A DNA stretch of 64,000 bases from Pseudomonadota bacterium (GTDB lineage Bacteria > Bdellovibrionota_B > Oligoflexia > Oligoflexales > CAIYRB01): positions 52,553 through 116,552 of the forward strand of contig JAPLFY010000031.1 in NCBI GenBank assembly GCA_026390435.1, given 5' to 3'. This document shows positions 38,268 through 47,576 of the stretch, one piece after another. Every line of letters starts with the position of its first letter. Position 1 is the first letter of the stretch. The position numbers were made by a program, and so were the translations under genes. Under the pieces are notes generated by a model. It made no database searches, had not been told where the DNA came from, and saw only the letters and a program-made list of their open reading frames with translations.

Positions 38268-38765
38268 TCAATTATACTTTTGGCGCGGCCAACGCTTTAA
38301 CACTTTAGATAGACTCATGCCAGCTAGGCTCGGTACTGACACCCCCAAAACATCTGCAAGGAATCCGTCAATCTCATGGCGATCCCAGTCTCGAGAGTCC
38401 ATCGCCCGTAGACCCTCCAGTAGCCGCTCGGCCACATCCTGATGTAACCAGGCGCGTCGCCTACAGCTATCTACCGCTCGCATAAGCAAAGGATGCACAC
38501 AAACGAGCTCAAGGACATGATCCATCCGCGGGCCATCGACGATGGGCTGCAACATGCCTAGTGAATCTGACAAGTTACCGGACATAGCTGCCTTGTCCAT
38601 CCAGTCCATAGCTTTGCCAATCCCATCAGCAGAGAAACCCTGCTCGCTCAGTTGCGCCCTAATGACCCGATCATCTTCTGGCGGAATGCCATCACGATTA
38701 ATCAACTCAGCGATACTGCGCACCGCTAGCCACCATTCTTGCACCGATTCTCCGCGCTCGGCCAT
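38268..38765 (-). CDS. Smg/DUF494-like protein
   Basis: LSEQGFSADGIGKAMDWM resembles the Smg core; canonical position between dprA and topA. Confidence 0.65.
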   Translation of the reverse strand: MAERGESVQEWWLAVRSIAELINRDGIPPEDDRVIRAQLSEQGFSADGIGKAMDWMDKAAMSGNLSDSLGMLQPIVDGPRMDHVLELVCVHPLLMRAVDSCRRRAWLHQDVAERLLEGLRAMDSRDWDRHEIDGFLADVLGVSVPSLAGMSLSKVLKRWPRQKYN

Positions 38766-38859
38766 GAGTCACCTACCGGTTAATGCTGTAGTAAACCGAA
38801 TACTTTCGGCATAGCAGGTACTTAAAGCTATAGCAAGGCAGAGGGACATTACCCCCCCC

Positions 38860-39834
38860 TCACTGCAGAGCGCTGTCCGTCCGCGATGCCAGCGAAGCCT
38901 CTAGTAAGTTAGCATGTTCAATCAATTCGCTGGCACAAGAAAATCCCCAGGCGCCATCGGCAAGGAGAGCTTCGCTGCCACGAGCTCTGATATCACCTTC
39001 GGGATGTCGCAGCACCGCCACCTCAGAACCTTGATCTAAGGCTCGTCTAGCCGTCACCAGAGCGCCAGACCTTTGAGCGGCCTGCATCACTAGCGTCAAA
39101 CTAGACATGCCTGAAATGATCCGATTGCGGGCCGTAAAATCCATAGGGCGGCATGGAGATGCCCACAGTCGCTCAGATACTAAGACGGCACGCCGAGCCA
39201 TCAAGCGTCGAAAAATCGGATCATTCGCAACTGGATATAGCCTTGCTAAACCTCCAGCGAAAACACAAATCGCCGGCGCAGGATCACGCCCACTCGCCAA
39301 GACACCGTGATGAGCAGCAATATCGCAACCCAAGGCACCACCACTAACTACGGCAATATCGCGCTCGCCCAAAGCCCGGCCCAAAGCAAAGCTCTCTCGC
39401 ATCGCAAAAGCCGAAGCTTTGCGAGAGCCGACCACACTAATTGCAGGCCTATAAAGCAGGCTCAATTCACCACGAATGGATAGACCTAAAGGTGGGTCAG
39501 AGATATTGCGCAACAACGGAGGATATTCCTTGTCTCCCCACACCACATATCGGGCGTGAGCTGACTCAATTGCAGCTAGATGAGCATTGATAGCCTGCGC
39601 TAAACCCATGCCCAACCTATCTTGAGACCGCAAATAGCGTGGTAGCCACGATAGCCGCGACGCCGCACTGTTTGCCTCACTATTAATTAAATCAGCCCAA
39701 TCATTTGATGACGCCGGCGATGACTGGGGAGACTGCGCACCCGTGGCTTGTTCCGGCGACGTTGGTGGCGGAATCCAACGATAGATTAATTGCGAAGCCA
39801 CATGGCTAATAGTCACGAGATCCCGATAATTCAT
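38860..39834 (-). CDS. dprA: DNA-processing protein DprA/Smf
   Basis: YPPLLRNISDPPLGL, VVGSRKAS, VSGGALGCD, FTARNRIISGMS, RSGALVTARRALDQG. Confidence 0.92.
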   Translation of the reverse strand: MNYRDLVTISHVASQLIYRWIPPPTSPEQATGAQSPQSSPASSNDWADLINSEANSAASRLSWLPRYLRSQDRLGMGLAQAINAHLAAIESAHARYVVWGDKEYPPLLRNISDPPLGLSIRGELSLLYRPAISVVGSRKASAFAMRESFALGRALGERDIAVVSGGALGCDIAAHHGVLASGRDPAPAICVFAGGLARLYPVANDPIFRRLMARRAVLVSERLWASPCRPMDFTARNRIISGMSSLTLVMQAAQRSGALVTARRALDQGSEVAVLRHPEGDIRARGSEALLADGAWGFSCASELIEHANLLEASLASRTDSALQ

Positions 39835-39847
39835 AGCTACCTCCAGA

Positions 39848-39880
39848 TCAACTCAGCATGACTTTTTCTAGCTGAGTTGA
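39848..39880. repeat. Inverted repeat TCAACTCAGC-N13-GCTGAGTTGA upstream of the dprA RBS
   Basis: Perfect 10-bp arms read directly from the sequence. Confidence 0.7.
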
Positions 39881-39960
39881 CCACGGACATGAGCAGCAAG
39901 AACTATGACTCTGCGATATCATTGCGAGCATATTCGCAGATGCAGAGGAAAAAATTGAAT

Positions 39961-41493
39961 CTACGGCTTACCCGTGACATCACCGACACGAAGTTCTGAC
40001 GAGCTGTTGACTACATAACCAACAGCGGCGACATCTGTGACATCTACGATCAGCATGGCTCCGATCATTTTGTAATCCACCGGAATATCAGCATCTCCCG
40101 ACAGACGGCTCAAAAATCCGGGCGTCGAATAAACAGGCAGATATGAACCAGAGGCCAAGCCAGCGGACCGCCCCTTGTCAAGAAAGGCAAATCCTCCCCG
40201 AGCACCAGACTCCTGACCATCGTAATCCCACCCGATGATAGTGGATCTATTTGCCTTCAGCGAACCAACTTGTTCATTAATTGGCACAGAGCGAGAGGTA
40301 GCAATCAAATTCACCACCAAGTCTTCGGGCGACACGGGTAATCGGCCAAAATCGATAACGGCACGGAACCTATCGTCCCCGAGAGCCCTCGCAATCCTAA
40401 CATTCGCTACGAAATCATATCTATAACCGACTAATTCTCCGGTATCAGGATTCGAAATCTCACCTCTCGGCCGCAAAACGGTATACCGCGACCCTGATTT
40501 TAAACTCGATCCCCCCGACAGTAGTACCTCATCGCCCTGCTGCGCTGATATCTGCCCCATCCGGCCCACTAGGACGGTTCCCTTGGGCTCAAGCTCACGG
40601 CTATAAATGAATCCAGGCAACTGCACATCAATAGCCGAGGCATTATAGATCCGCCCGCCCATTAGGGGCTGCTCGGCTAAATTATCTACTTGGTCGGCGC
40701 CAATGACTTCTGAGACATCCTCAGCAGCTTCCTTATCGGATGGAAACACAATAGTCTCTGGCTTATCTGACTTTTCAACCCTCTCAACTCGCTCAGCGAC
40801 AAGCTGTGTTTCTTCGAGATCAGCTTTGTCTATAGGGACGGTATCTTCCTCTGCCACAACTTGCAGATATGGCGGATTTTCGTCGTCTCCTGGATAAAAT
40901 CTAAGACGCATCAACGGGAAAATAAAATGAGGATTTTTAATCTCTGGGTTTAGTGCCCAAAGCTTTGGCCAATAACCTGGCTCGTCCAAAAGTTGATCAC
41001 AAATATCTATCAGCGTATCACCCTCTTCGATGACGTAATCCTCAGGCGCCTCTTCGTCAGCCAGTAAGCGCATGGTTCCTGGTATTGGCGGAGCTCCAGA
41101 AAAATCATTCGAAGCCGGCAATGAACTAAAATCTCCGACGAGAATCTCGTCATCTAGGTTTTCCACAGCGCTACCAACTGCTGGCGTTAACGCCGGCGCT
41201 ACCTTAGCCGGAGTGGATGATTCAGCAGGCAAAGCCGACGACTTTCCAACTTTTCCATCGTCGCCAATAGATAAGGTAGGGTTGTTCCCTATTGACGGAG
41301 AATTCTTACTATCAAAGCTTGGGCCCGTGACCTTAGTAGCCTCTTCACCATCTAATTCGTCTACGGCGTTGGTCGGCGTCGCAAGATCCAAACCATCTTG
41401 AGACAGAGCCGGCAAAGACACACAACAAAATATTGCTACAAGTAGATGTAATGCAATGCGTTTTATAAGATTTAAAATGGAGTATTGACTCAC
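39961..41493 (-). CDS. tsaP: LysM peptidoglycan-binding protein, TsaP-like
   Basis: YVIEEGDTLIDIC...YWPKLWALNPEIKNPHFIFP LysM variant; signal peptide; directly upstream of dprA as for TsaP. Confidence 0.75.
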   Translation of the reverse strand: MSQYSILNLIKRIALHLLVAIFCCVSLPALSQDGLDLATPTNAVDELDGEEATKVTGPSFDSKNSPSIGNNPTLSIGDDGKVGKSSALPAESSTPAKVAPALTPAVGSAVENLDDEILVGDFSSLPASNDFSGAPPIPGTMRLLADEEAPEDYVIEEGDTLIDICDQLLDEPGYWPKLWALNPEIKNPHFIFPLMRLRFYPGDDENPPYLQVVAEEDTVPIDKADLEETQLVAERVERVEKSDKPETIVFPSDKEAAEDVSEVIGADQVDNLAEQPLMGGRIYNASAIDVQLPGFIYSRELEPKGTVLVGRMGQISAQQGDEVLLSGGSSLKSGSRYTVLRPRGEISNPDTGELVGYRYDFVANVRIARALGDDRFRAVIDFGRLPVSPEDLVVNLIATSRSVPINEQVGSLKANRSTIIGWDYDGQESGARGGFAFLDKGRSAGLASGSYLPVYSTPGFLSRLSGDADIPVDYKMIGAMLIVDVTDVAAVGYVVNSSSELRVGDVTGKP

Positions 41494-42443
41494 AGTTTCT
41501 TATCCAAGGTGTCGAGTTCCATTTTCGCCATTTCAGCCGCATCTGCGTAAGGATGTTTTTGAATTACTGCACGAAATGAGGCCAAAGCGGTTTCTCGCAT
41601 ACCTAGTTGCCATTCGACTCGTCCAAGTTCCAGCATAGCGCGCGGAACCCAAGGACTATCATTGTGCTTCTTAATAAAATCACCAAGTAATTGTTTAGTC
41701 GTGCTGTACTCTTTCAAATTGGACCAGCACTTAGCAACCCAGTAAAGGTGCATAGCACCACTAACTCGATCACCAAATTTTTTCCCGATTGCGGAGTATT
41801 CCACGATCGCGCGACCGTAGCGACCGGCTCTATAACTGTCGTGAGCCGTAGCTAGAGCAGCTTGATAGGCCGCCTTCTCTTCTTTACTAGAAAAATCATC
41901 CTGCTGTTGCTCGTCATCCTCTGACTCCGCCTCGCTATCAGCCTGGGTGACCTCTGCAGCAACCTTATTATCTGCGGTAGTTTTGGGCTTGGACTCGGGG
42001 TCGGCAACGGGATTTGTCGACTCTGCGACGCTTTCGCCGTGTTTATCAACCGCGTCCGACGACAGAGACACAGTTGGCGACACTTTACGCTTCAGTTCAA
42101 CTTTCGAAGATTTCGCCCGCTCTGGATATTTCAACTCCTCGGGAACGAGCCCAAGAGTCATTCCCTTTTCTATGATCACTAACCGCTCTTTCTGGCGATA
42201 TTGTTCCTCCTCTAGCTCATCGACTCTCGCCCAAAGCTTGGCCAGTTTGAAGTCACGTTCATCACGCAACTTAGCTTGCTGGTCCACAGCAACTGCAGTC
42301 TTGGCCTCGGCAGTAGCGGGGGTGGCTTGTCGTGACTCAGCAACAGGCTCAGAATTTTGGCCCGCATGGATCCAATTACATGCCGTTACTGAAAAGATGA
42401 CAGCAGAAGTCAAAAAAATTGTAATAATTGACTGCAGTTTCAA
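41490..42443 (-). CDS. Second CpoB/YbgF-like TPR lipoprotein
   Basis: Lipobox VTAC; coiled coil; acidic linker; HLYWVAKCW...AMLELGRV...VIQKHPYADAA. Confidence 0.72.
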   Translation of the reverse strand: MKLQSIITIFLTSAVIFSVTACNWIHAGQNSEPVAESRQATPATAEAKTAVAVDQQAKLRDERDFKLAKLWARVDELEEEQYRQKERLVIIEKGMTLGLVPEELKYPERAKSSKVELKRKVSPTVSLSSDAVDKHGESVAESTNPVADPESKPKTTADNKVAAEVTQADSEAESEDDEQQQDDFSSKEEKAAYQAALATAHDSYRAGRYGRAIVEYSAIGKKFGDRVSGAMHLYWVAKCWSNLKEYSTTKQLLGDFIKKHNDSPWVPRAMLELGRVEWQLGMRETALASFRAVIQKHPYADAAEMAKMELDTLDKKL

Positions 42444-42485
42444 GACTTCCCTCGATTACTTAAAAATTCAATCCCGCTGAGAATC

Positions 42486-43274
42486 TTAGATTGCTTCTTT
42501 TAGTGCCAATTGTTGCATGAATTGCTTTAATCCCAATCGGAGTGGCTCACTTTGCTCCGTAAATAACAGGCCAAAGCGATAAGTACGGGAATAAAGTGAA
42601 GCCTGACCAGCTGTTTGGGTTTGCTGAAGATGTTCTTTGATACGTTTAATCCAACGCACCTCAATACTTACTGTCAACGGCTCCTGCATTGGTAAAATTA
42701 GCTTTGCCGCTCCGTCCTTCACCCCTCTAGGAAGGACCGAGCACAAAGCAGGAAATCTGGTGATGGCACAAACTCCACCAGAGCTCACATCTGCGAGACT
42801 TATTAGGGGCGCTGACGCGGTATGATGCAGATAATATGGTGGAGCGGTTGAGTCATCGATCTGAGGTTCCCAAATCCTTAGCCGAATAAATGCAGATAAA
42901 TCCTCGCGACAATTAAGACGCTCATTCTGACGGCGCTCCATACTCACCAAGGCTGTGGGCATAGCTAGGTGGATATTATCTTGGCCTTTCTCAAGGACGG
43001 CTGCGACAAACATGACTTTTGTCGCCATAGTGACAAATTCAACCTGAACGCCTGTGCCAGTCCGAATCATTGACATCCCAGGAATCGAGATGCCTGTGAA
43101 ATCAACAAAAGCCCGAGCGCTGCCGCCGAAATTGATGTCAGATGCTCGAGCCCTGATCGCTACGCCGCCATTACCGCCGACGCGCAAGACAACTGGAATC
43201 TTTGCTTCACAAATGCGTTGAAGAATTCGCTGAACGCGCTCCGGCGTCGAAATTTTTAGGCGATTCTCGCTCAT
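42486..43274 (-). CDS. PilZ-domain c-di-GMP receptor (YcgR-like layout)
   Basis: RxxxR (RQNER) and DxSxxG (DVSSGG) both present; C-terminal YRFGLLF. Confidence 0.85.
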   Translation of the reverse strand: MSENRLKISTPERVQRILQRICEAKIPVVLRVGGNGGVAIRARASDINFGGSARAFVDFTGISIPGMSMIRTGTGVQVEFVTMATKVMFVAAVLEKGQDNIHLAMPTALVSMERRQNERLNCREDLSAFIRLRIWEPQIDDSTAPPYYLHHTASAPLISLADVSSGGVCAITRFPALCSVLPRGVKDGAAKLILPMQEPLTVSIEVRWIKRIKEHLQQTQTAGQASLYSRTYRFGLLFTEQSEPLRLGLKQFMQQLALKEAI

Positions 43275-44586
43275 TATTTGCTGATTCCTGCTGATTAGCA
43301 GTGATGATCGCGGATTGCACTAGGAGGATACTAAGGAAAAACCAGAGGGCATAAACGTAGGCTGAATCTCTCAAGTTATTTTGCATCAGGGCACAAAAAA
43401 CTGTGGCAACGGCCAAATAGCTCACACCCTGCGAAAGTGCTGGTCGCAGTCGCCGCCAGGTCATGAATAACCCGACCAACCAACCCACCAAACCGAGGAA
43501 CCCAATTATTCCGGTGTCCGCCAAATACTGAAGAAACAAGTTGTGAGCCTCATATATCGTATCATGATAGCCAGCAGCATTGTAGTAGGCCTTAAGCGCA
43601 CCCTCAACGCCGCTTCGAGTGACCCCTGCAATTGGGTTGTCCAAAAACATTTTCCAATGTAACTGCCAAAACACAACTCTTGGAAAGCGCTGCGCAAATG
43701 TTTGATCGTTTTGAAAAAGTTCGTAAAATCGCGCCAGTACCGAACCCTCCCACAACAATAAAAGCGCCGCCACTGCCATGAGCGCAGCAACCTTCACCTT
43801 ATGCCGCAGGATTCGTCGACCCTCACAAATTAGCAAAGTGCCGATTAGCACCAATATTACGTACCTAGATCCCGAGATCAGGAGAATTACTACGGCCAAA
43901 AAAGCAGTGCCGAACCACCATCTCCGCTCTGAGGTACCGAGCTCTGACGGGCCCCAACCAATACCTAATGAAGCTAAAGTAATCAGCATCAAATTATAAG
44001 CAAAGGTCAACGGGTGACCCATGAATCCTGATACTCGGTAAACACCATATGCAAATCGATGAGAGCCGAGGGTTGCATGAAATCCATGTGTCCAATCAAT
44101 TCCGCTCCAATGCTGCACTGTGCAATAAATTAGAAGTGCTAGCATCCATGCGCACATCCAGGGACCTACTCGCTGGGGCAAGCACCCACGACGGGCACAG
44201 GCGATGCAGCCGGACGACACGACAAGCCAAAGCAATCCATATTTAACAACAGTATGAACCCACTCAGAGAGTGCCTTAGCTAGCGACTTGGACCATGGTG
44301 ATAAGTACACACCAAGTAAGGCGGCCAACAAGTGTGCCAAAACGAGACAAAAGCAGCCCCAATGAAAGGGCTTGATGCTGTGACTTATAGACTGAATAAA
44401 CCTTGAGTCCCAAGAGTTAGGCATAGATAGCTGCTTTTTTCCCACTATGGCCAAACGCCAACTACCCGTAAAAAGAAGCCAGAGTAGCGTTGCAAAACTA
44501 ACCGTGTAGCCAGCAAAAATGGGCAAGGTTGTTGCTACGGCTGCGAAACCAATAATGACCATAATGGTTCTGGGCGGATGACTCAC
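43207..44586 (-). CDS. O-antigen ligase / O-oligosaccharyltransferase family membrane protein
   Basis: Many TM helices; RVSGFMGHP, SGSR, periplasmic loop then AHNLFLQYLADTGIIG. Confidence 0.85.
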   Translation of the reverse strand: MSHPPRTIMVIIGFAAVATTLPIFAGYTVSFATLLWLLFTGSWRLAIVGKKQLSMPNSWDSRFIQSISHSIKPFHWGCFCLVLAHLLAALLGVYLSPWSKSLAKALSEWVHTVVKYGLLWLVVSSGCIACARRGCLPQRVGPWMCAWMLALLIYCTVQHWSGIDWTHGFHATLGSHRFAYGVYRVSGFMGHPLTFAYNLMLITLASLGIGWGPSELGTSERRWWFGTAFLAVVILLISGSRYVILVLIGTLLICEGRRILRHKVKVAALMAVAALLLLWEGSVLARFYELFQNDQTFAQRFPRVVFWQLHWKMFLDNPIAGVTRSGVEGALKAYYNAAGYHDTIYEAHNLFLQYLADTGIIGFLGLVGWLVGLFMTWRRLRPALSQGVSYLAVATVFCALMQNNLRDSAYVYALWFFLSILLVQSAIITANQQESANNERESPKNFDAGARSANSSTHL

Positions 44587-44732
44587 AGGTACCTCACAGC
44601 ATTGATACCAAGTCGTGTTCGAGTCTCTTCAATAAGAGCCTGGCGCCAAAAGCGGCAGGCTCTAGTTAATCAAAATTACTGTGTTCTTTCAAATGCATAT
44701 GCTAGGTTTTAAGAACAAAACGCGAGGCACAC

Positions 44733-45329
44733 GTGCGGCTCATCGGTATTTTTTTCACAGCTTTTTTCGGTCTTATTCCGGCAGTTACGGCTACTGCTAG
44801 GGAAAATGACCAGCTCGAATCGCTAAACCCATTCGCTAAATCTTATATTAAATTAGAGTTAGTTAGGAACTACCCAGAGGCTACCACCAAGCAAACGATG
44901 GCTCCAAGTGTCTTGCAACCTAATTTAAGCTATCTACACATAGTCAGCAGTGAATGGATGATGGCGCTTGGCGGCGGCTTAAAGACTCTCGAGCGCATGG
45001 ACACTCCCGAGATGCGCGCACCGAGTCGCACTCTCGCAATTTATAGTTTAAATCACGAAACTCTCAGAGTGGTGCGACTCACGCATCCTTATTACTTATT
45101 ACTTGGAGTAAAGGTTTCCTATTTATTGCCATCAAGAACTGGCAAGCCACCGCCTCTTAGGGATCCGATCTATCCTACGGAGATTGGCCTAGCACTGTCA
45201 GCTCAGGCAGTCCATCTACTTAGCCAGCGCATGATGCTGACACTGCGAGTCGATCGCTGGCGTGGGGTCAACAGCTCGAAACTCGCTGGGATGGAATTAG
45301 CTATCGGTATTGCGAGCTCTTTAGAGTGA
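44733..45329 (+). CDS. Secreted hypothetical protein, probable beta-barrel
   Basis: GTG start with GAGG RBS; signal peptide ending ATA; alternating strand pattern. Confidence 0.6.
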   Translation: MRLIGIFFTAFFGLIPAVTATARENDQLESLNPFAKSYIKLELVRNYPEATTKQTMAPSVLQPNLSYLHIVSSEWMMALGGGLKTLERMDTPEMRAPSRTLAIYSLNHETLRVVRLTHPYYLLLGVKVSYLLPSRTGKPPPLRDPIYPTEIGLALSAQAVHLLSQRMMLTLRVDRWRGVNSSKLAGMELAIGIASSLE

Positions 45330-45333
45330 AAAT

Positions 45334-46341
45334 TTACCAGACTTGTTCGATTTCCGATGAACTACACCTTGCTAGTCTCACCTGAACCTTCCACCCGAAA
45401 CGCTGACTCGGCCATAGACGGTTGATCCCAAAATCTCGCACGTAGTGATCACTCGTGTCAGAATCGTCAAGATAACGTGAACTCGAATATATATTTGAGT
45501 TCTGGTGAACAAAAATCTTGTCTACTCGACTGGGAGTTTCCTCGCCCACAGTCGCCATAAAAATATCGTTAATAGGCGTCGCGGTATAACAACGAGACGC
45601 AATCTGACAAAAACCTGCCGATGCGTCCTTGAGCTGAAGTGAACCGAGCAAATCAGCGAATCTACGCACATTCTCATCCCCCGGCATGTATCCACCGACA
45701 ATGAGGCGCTTAGGACATATTTGTTCTTTCCGGAGCTTGGCCAATATCCTTTCCTGAACAAAGGTATACCAGACATAACCTCCCGAAACTGATGGCGGCA
45801 TCTGCACGTTAAAAATAACTAGAGGCTGATTTTCATACTCAACAGTGGTAGCCATCAGATAGCCTCCGCTACCCATAGCCCAGGTTTCTCCACGCGAATC
45901 CATTGTCGTGGGAAACTTCAGTGGAGCGCTTGCCGCCACCACCAATGATTCAGCCTCTTGGGTGTCGCCATACTCACCGATCTGCTGCTGACGCCAATCA
46001 TATTCTGATAAAGAACCAGCGCCGAGTATTTTGCGATCCGACTCAGCGCTGCTACCGATACGCTCCATGCTTTCTTGAAATAAAATGAGGTCGGGCTGCG
46101 AATTACGCAGATCTTTATCAATGATCTCGAGCCGATCACGCCGCAATACCCAATCACCTTTCCAGGGCCTTTTAACTAATCGACTGGGCGTCCTCTGATT
46201 GAATAGTGACGCGGTCAATACAGTGACCGGTCTACTGTCATAGCTGGCGGGCCGACTCAAAAGATCGGCAACACAACCAGCTATAGAGCAGACTGTCGCA
46301 AGCAACCAGAGCCAAACTGCGATGAATTTAATCTTCAACAA
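45334..46341 (-). CDS. Endonuclease/exonuclease/phosphatase-fold lipoprotein, catalytically degenerate
   Basis: Lipobox IAGC; PDLILFQE and RVDKIF retained; GDxN and SDH motifs replaced by GYMP and SQR. Confidence 0.7.
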   Translation of the reverse strand: MLKIKFIAVWLWLLATVCSIAGCVADLLSRPASYDSRPVTVLTASLFNQRTPSRLVKRPWKGDWVLRRDRLEIIDKDLRNSQPDLILFQESMERIGSSAESDRKILGAGSLSEYDWRQQQIGEYGDTQEAESLVVAASAPLKFPTTMDSRGETWAMGSGGYLMATTVEYENQPLVIFNVQMPPSVSGGYVWYTFVQERILAKLRKEQICPKRLIVGGYMPGDENVRRFADLLGSLQLKDASAGFCQIASRCYTATPINDIFMATVGEETPSRVDKIFVHQNSNIYSSSRYLDDSDTSDHYVRDFGINRLWPSQRFGWKVQVRLARCSSSEIEQVW

Positions 46342-46342
46342 T

Positions 46343-47521
46343 TCAGCAACCCAAGTAACGTGAAATTACTAGTCGCTGAATCTCACTTGTACCTTCACCG
46401 ATCCGCAGTAAAGCCGCATCGCGATAGAACCGCTCTATCGGATACTCTTTCATTAGACCATACCCACCAAAAGTTTGCTGACCTTCACGAGCGCAATACT
46501 CTGCTACTTCAGAACAATAAAGCTTGGCCATGGCAGCTTGCTTCTGAAATGGTTTATGCTCTTGCTTTAACCAAGCTGCTTTATAAAGCAGTCCTTCGGC
46601 GGCCTCGACTCGAGTTGCCATCTCAGCCAATTTAAATGCAACGGCCTGATGCTGTGATATCGCCTTACCGAAAGTGCGGCGTTCCTGCGCGTACCGCAAA
46701 GTCATCTCGAGCGCTCCCTTAGCCAGCCCAAGACCCATAGCAGCAATCGAGAGACGCCCGTTATCAAGAGTCTCCATCATCATCTTGAAGCCTTGGCCGC
46801 GAGCGCCTAGCATGTTCCGGGCTGGTACTCGCACATTATCAAAATAGAGCTCGCCAGTATTGGAGGCACGCCACATCATCTTACCGTGCATAACCTTGGC
46901 AGTTACACCAGGAGTTCCTGCAGGCACGATGAAACAAGATAATTCGGCGCGACCTTGTTCAGAGCGCCCCGTTACTGCTTGAACAGTGATGCCTTTAGTC
47001 AAGGCACTTGCACTATTAGTGATCCAAATCTTACTGCCGTTAATCACCCACTCTTGCTTGACGCTGTCAAACACAGCTGAAGTCTTACTTGCTTGAGCAT
47101 CGCTACCAGCTTCCGCTTCAGTGAGGCCAAAAGCCCACAGGCCCTCTCCCGTACATAGTGATGGTAAATACTGCCGCTTCTGCTCCTCATTACCGTAGTA
47201 ATAAAGAGGTGCCGCTCCAAGACTATTATGTGCTGCAATAGTTGCGGCCTGAGAGCCATCGACGCGCGCAAGCTCTTCAACGGCAACCACGTAGGATAAA
47301 TAGTCCATCCCCTGCCCACCATACTCGGGTGGCACCACTGTCCCAAAAAGACCTAGTACACCCATACGCTTGGTCAGTTCGACTGAGAACTCTTCCCGTT
47401 CATCCAAATCCCTGGCTAACGGTGCGATTTCCGTTTCGGCGAATTTACGCACAGTTTGGCGCATCATGGTCAATTCTTCATTATCTTCGAACTGGTAGCT
47501 CATCTTTACTTTCTCCGACAT
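46343..47521 (-). CDS. Acyl-CoA dehydrogenase
   Basis: AFGLTEAEAGSDA, INGSKIWITN, LDNGRLSIAA, FGGYGLMKEYPIERFYRDA, IGEGTSEIQR; start moved to ATG 47521. Confidence 0.95.
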   Translation of the reverse strand: MSEKVKMSYQFEDNEELTMMRQTVRKFAETEIAPLARDLDEREEFSVELTKRMGVLGLFGTVVPPEYGGQGMDYLSYVVAVEELARVDGSQAATIAAHNSLGAAPLYYYGNEEQKRQYLPSLCTGEGLWAFGLTEAEAGSDAQASKTSAVFDSVKQEWVINGSKIWITNSASALTKGITVQAVTGRSEQGRAELSCFIVPAGTPGVTAKVMHGKMMWRASNTGELYFDNVRVPARNMLGARGQGFKMMMETLDNGRLSIAAMGLGLAKGALEMTLRYAQERRTFGKAISQHQAVAFKLAEMATRVEAAEGLLYKAAWLKQEHKPFQKQAAMAKLYCSEVAEYCAREGQQTFGGYGLMKEYPIERFYRDAALLRIGEGTSEIQRLVISRYLGC

Positions 47522-47576
47522 GCCATAGCTGCGCCTATTGGATGACCTCAAGCTATCGCTATGATTACAAAACTAA

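Noticed and set aside
38852-38862. dprA TGA as a selenocysteine/readthrough codon, or G8 as an in-gene phase-variation switch
   Set aside because: The tract lies after the stop, the readthrough frame gives no meaningful extension, and no SECIS-like hairpin is apparent.
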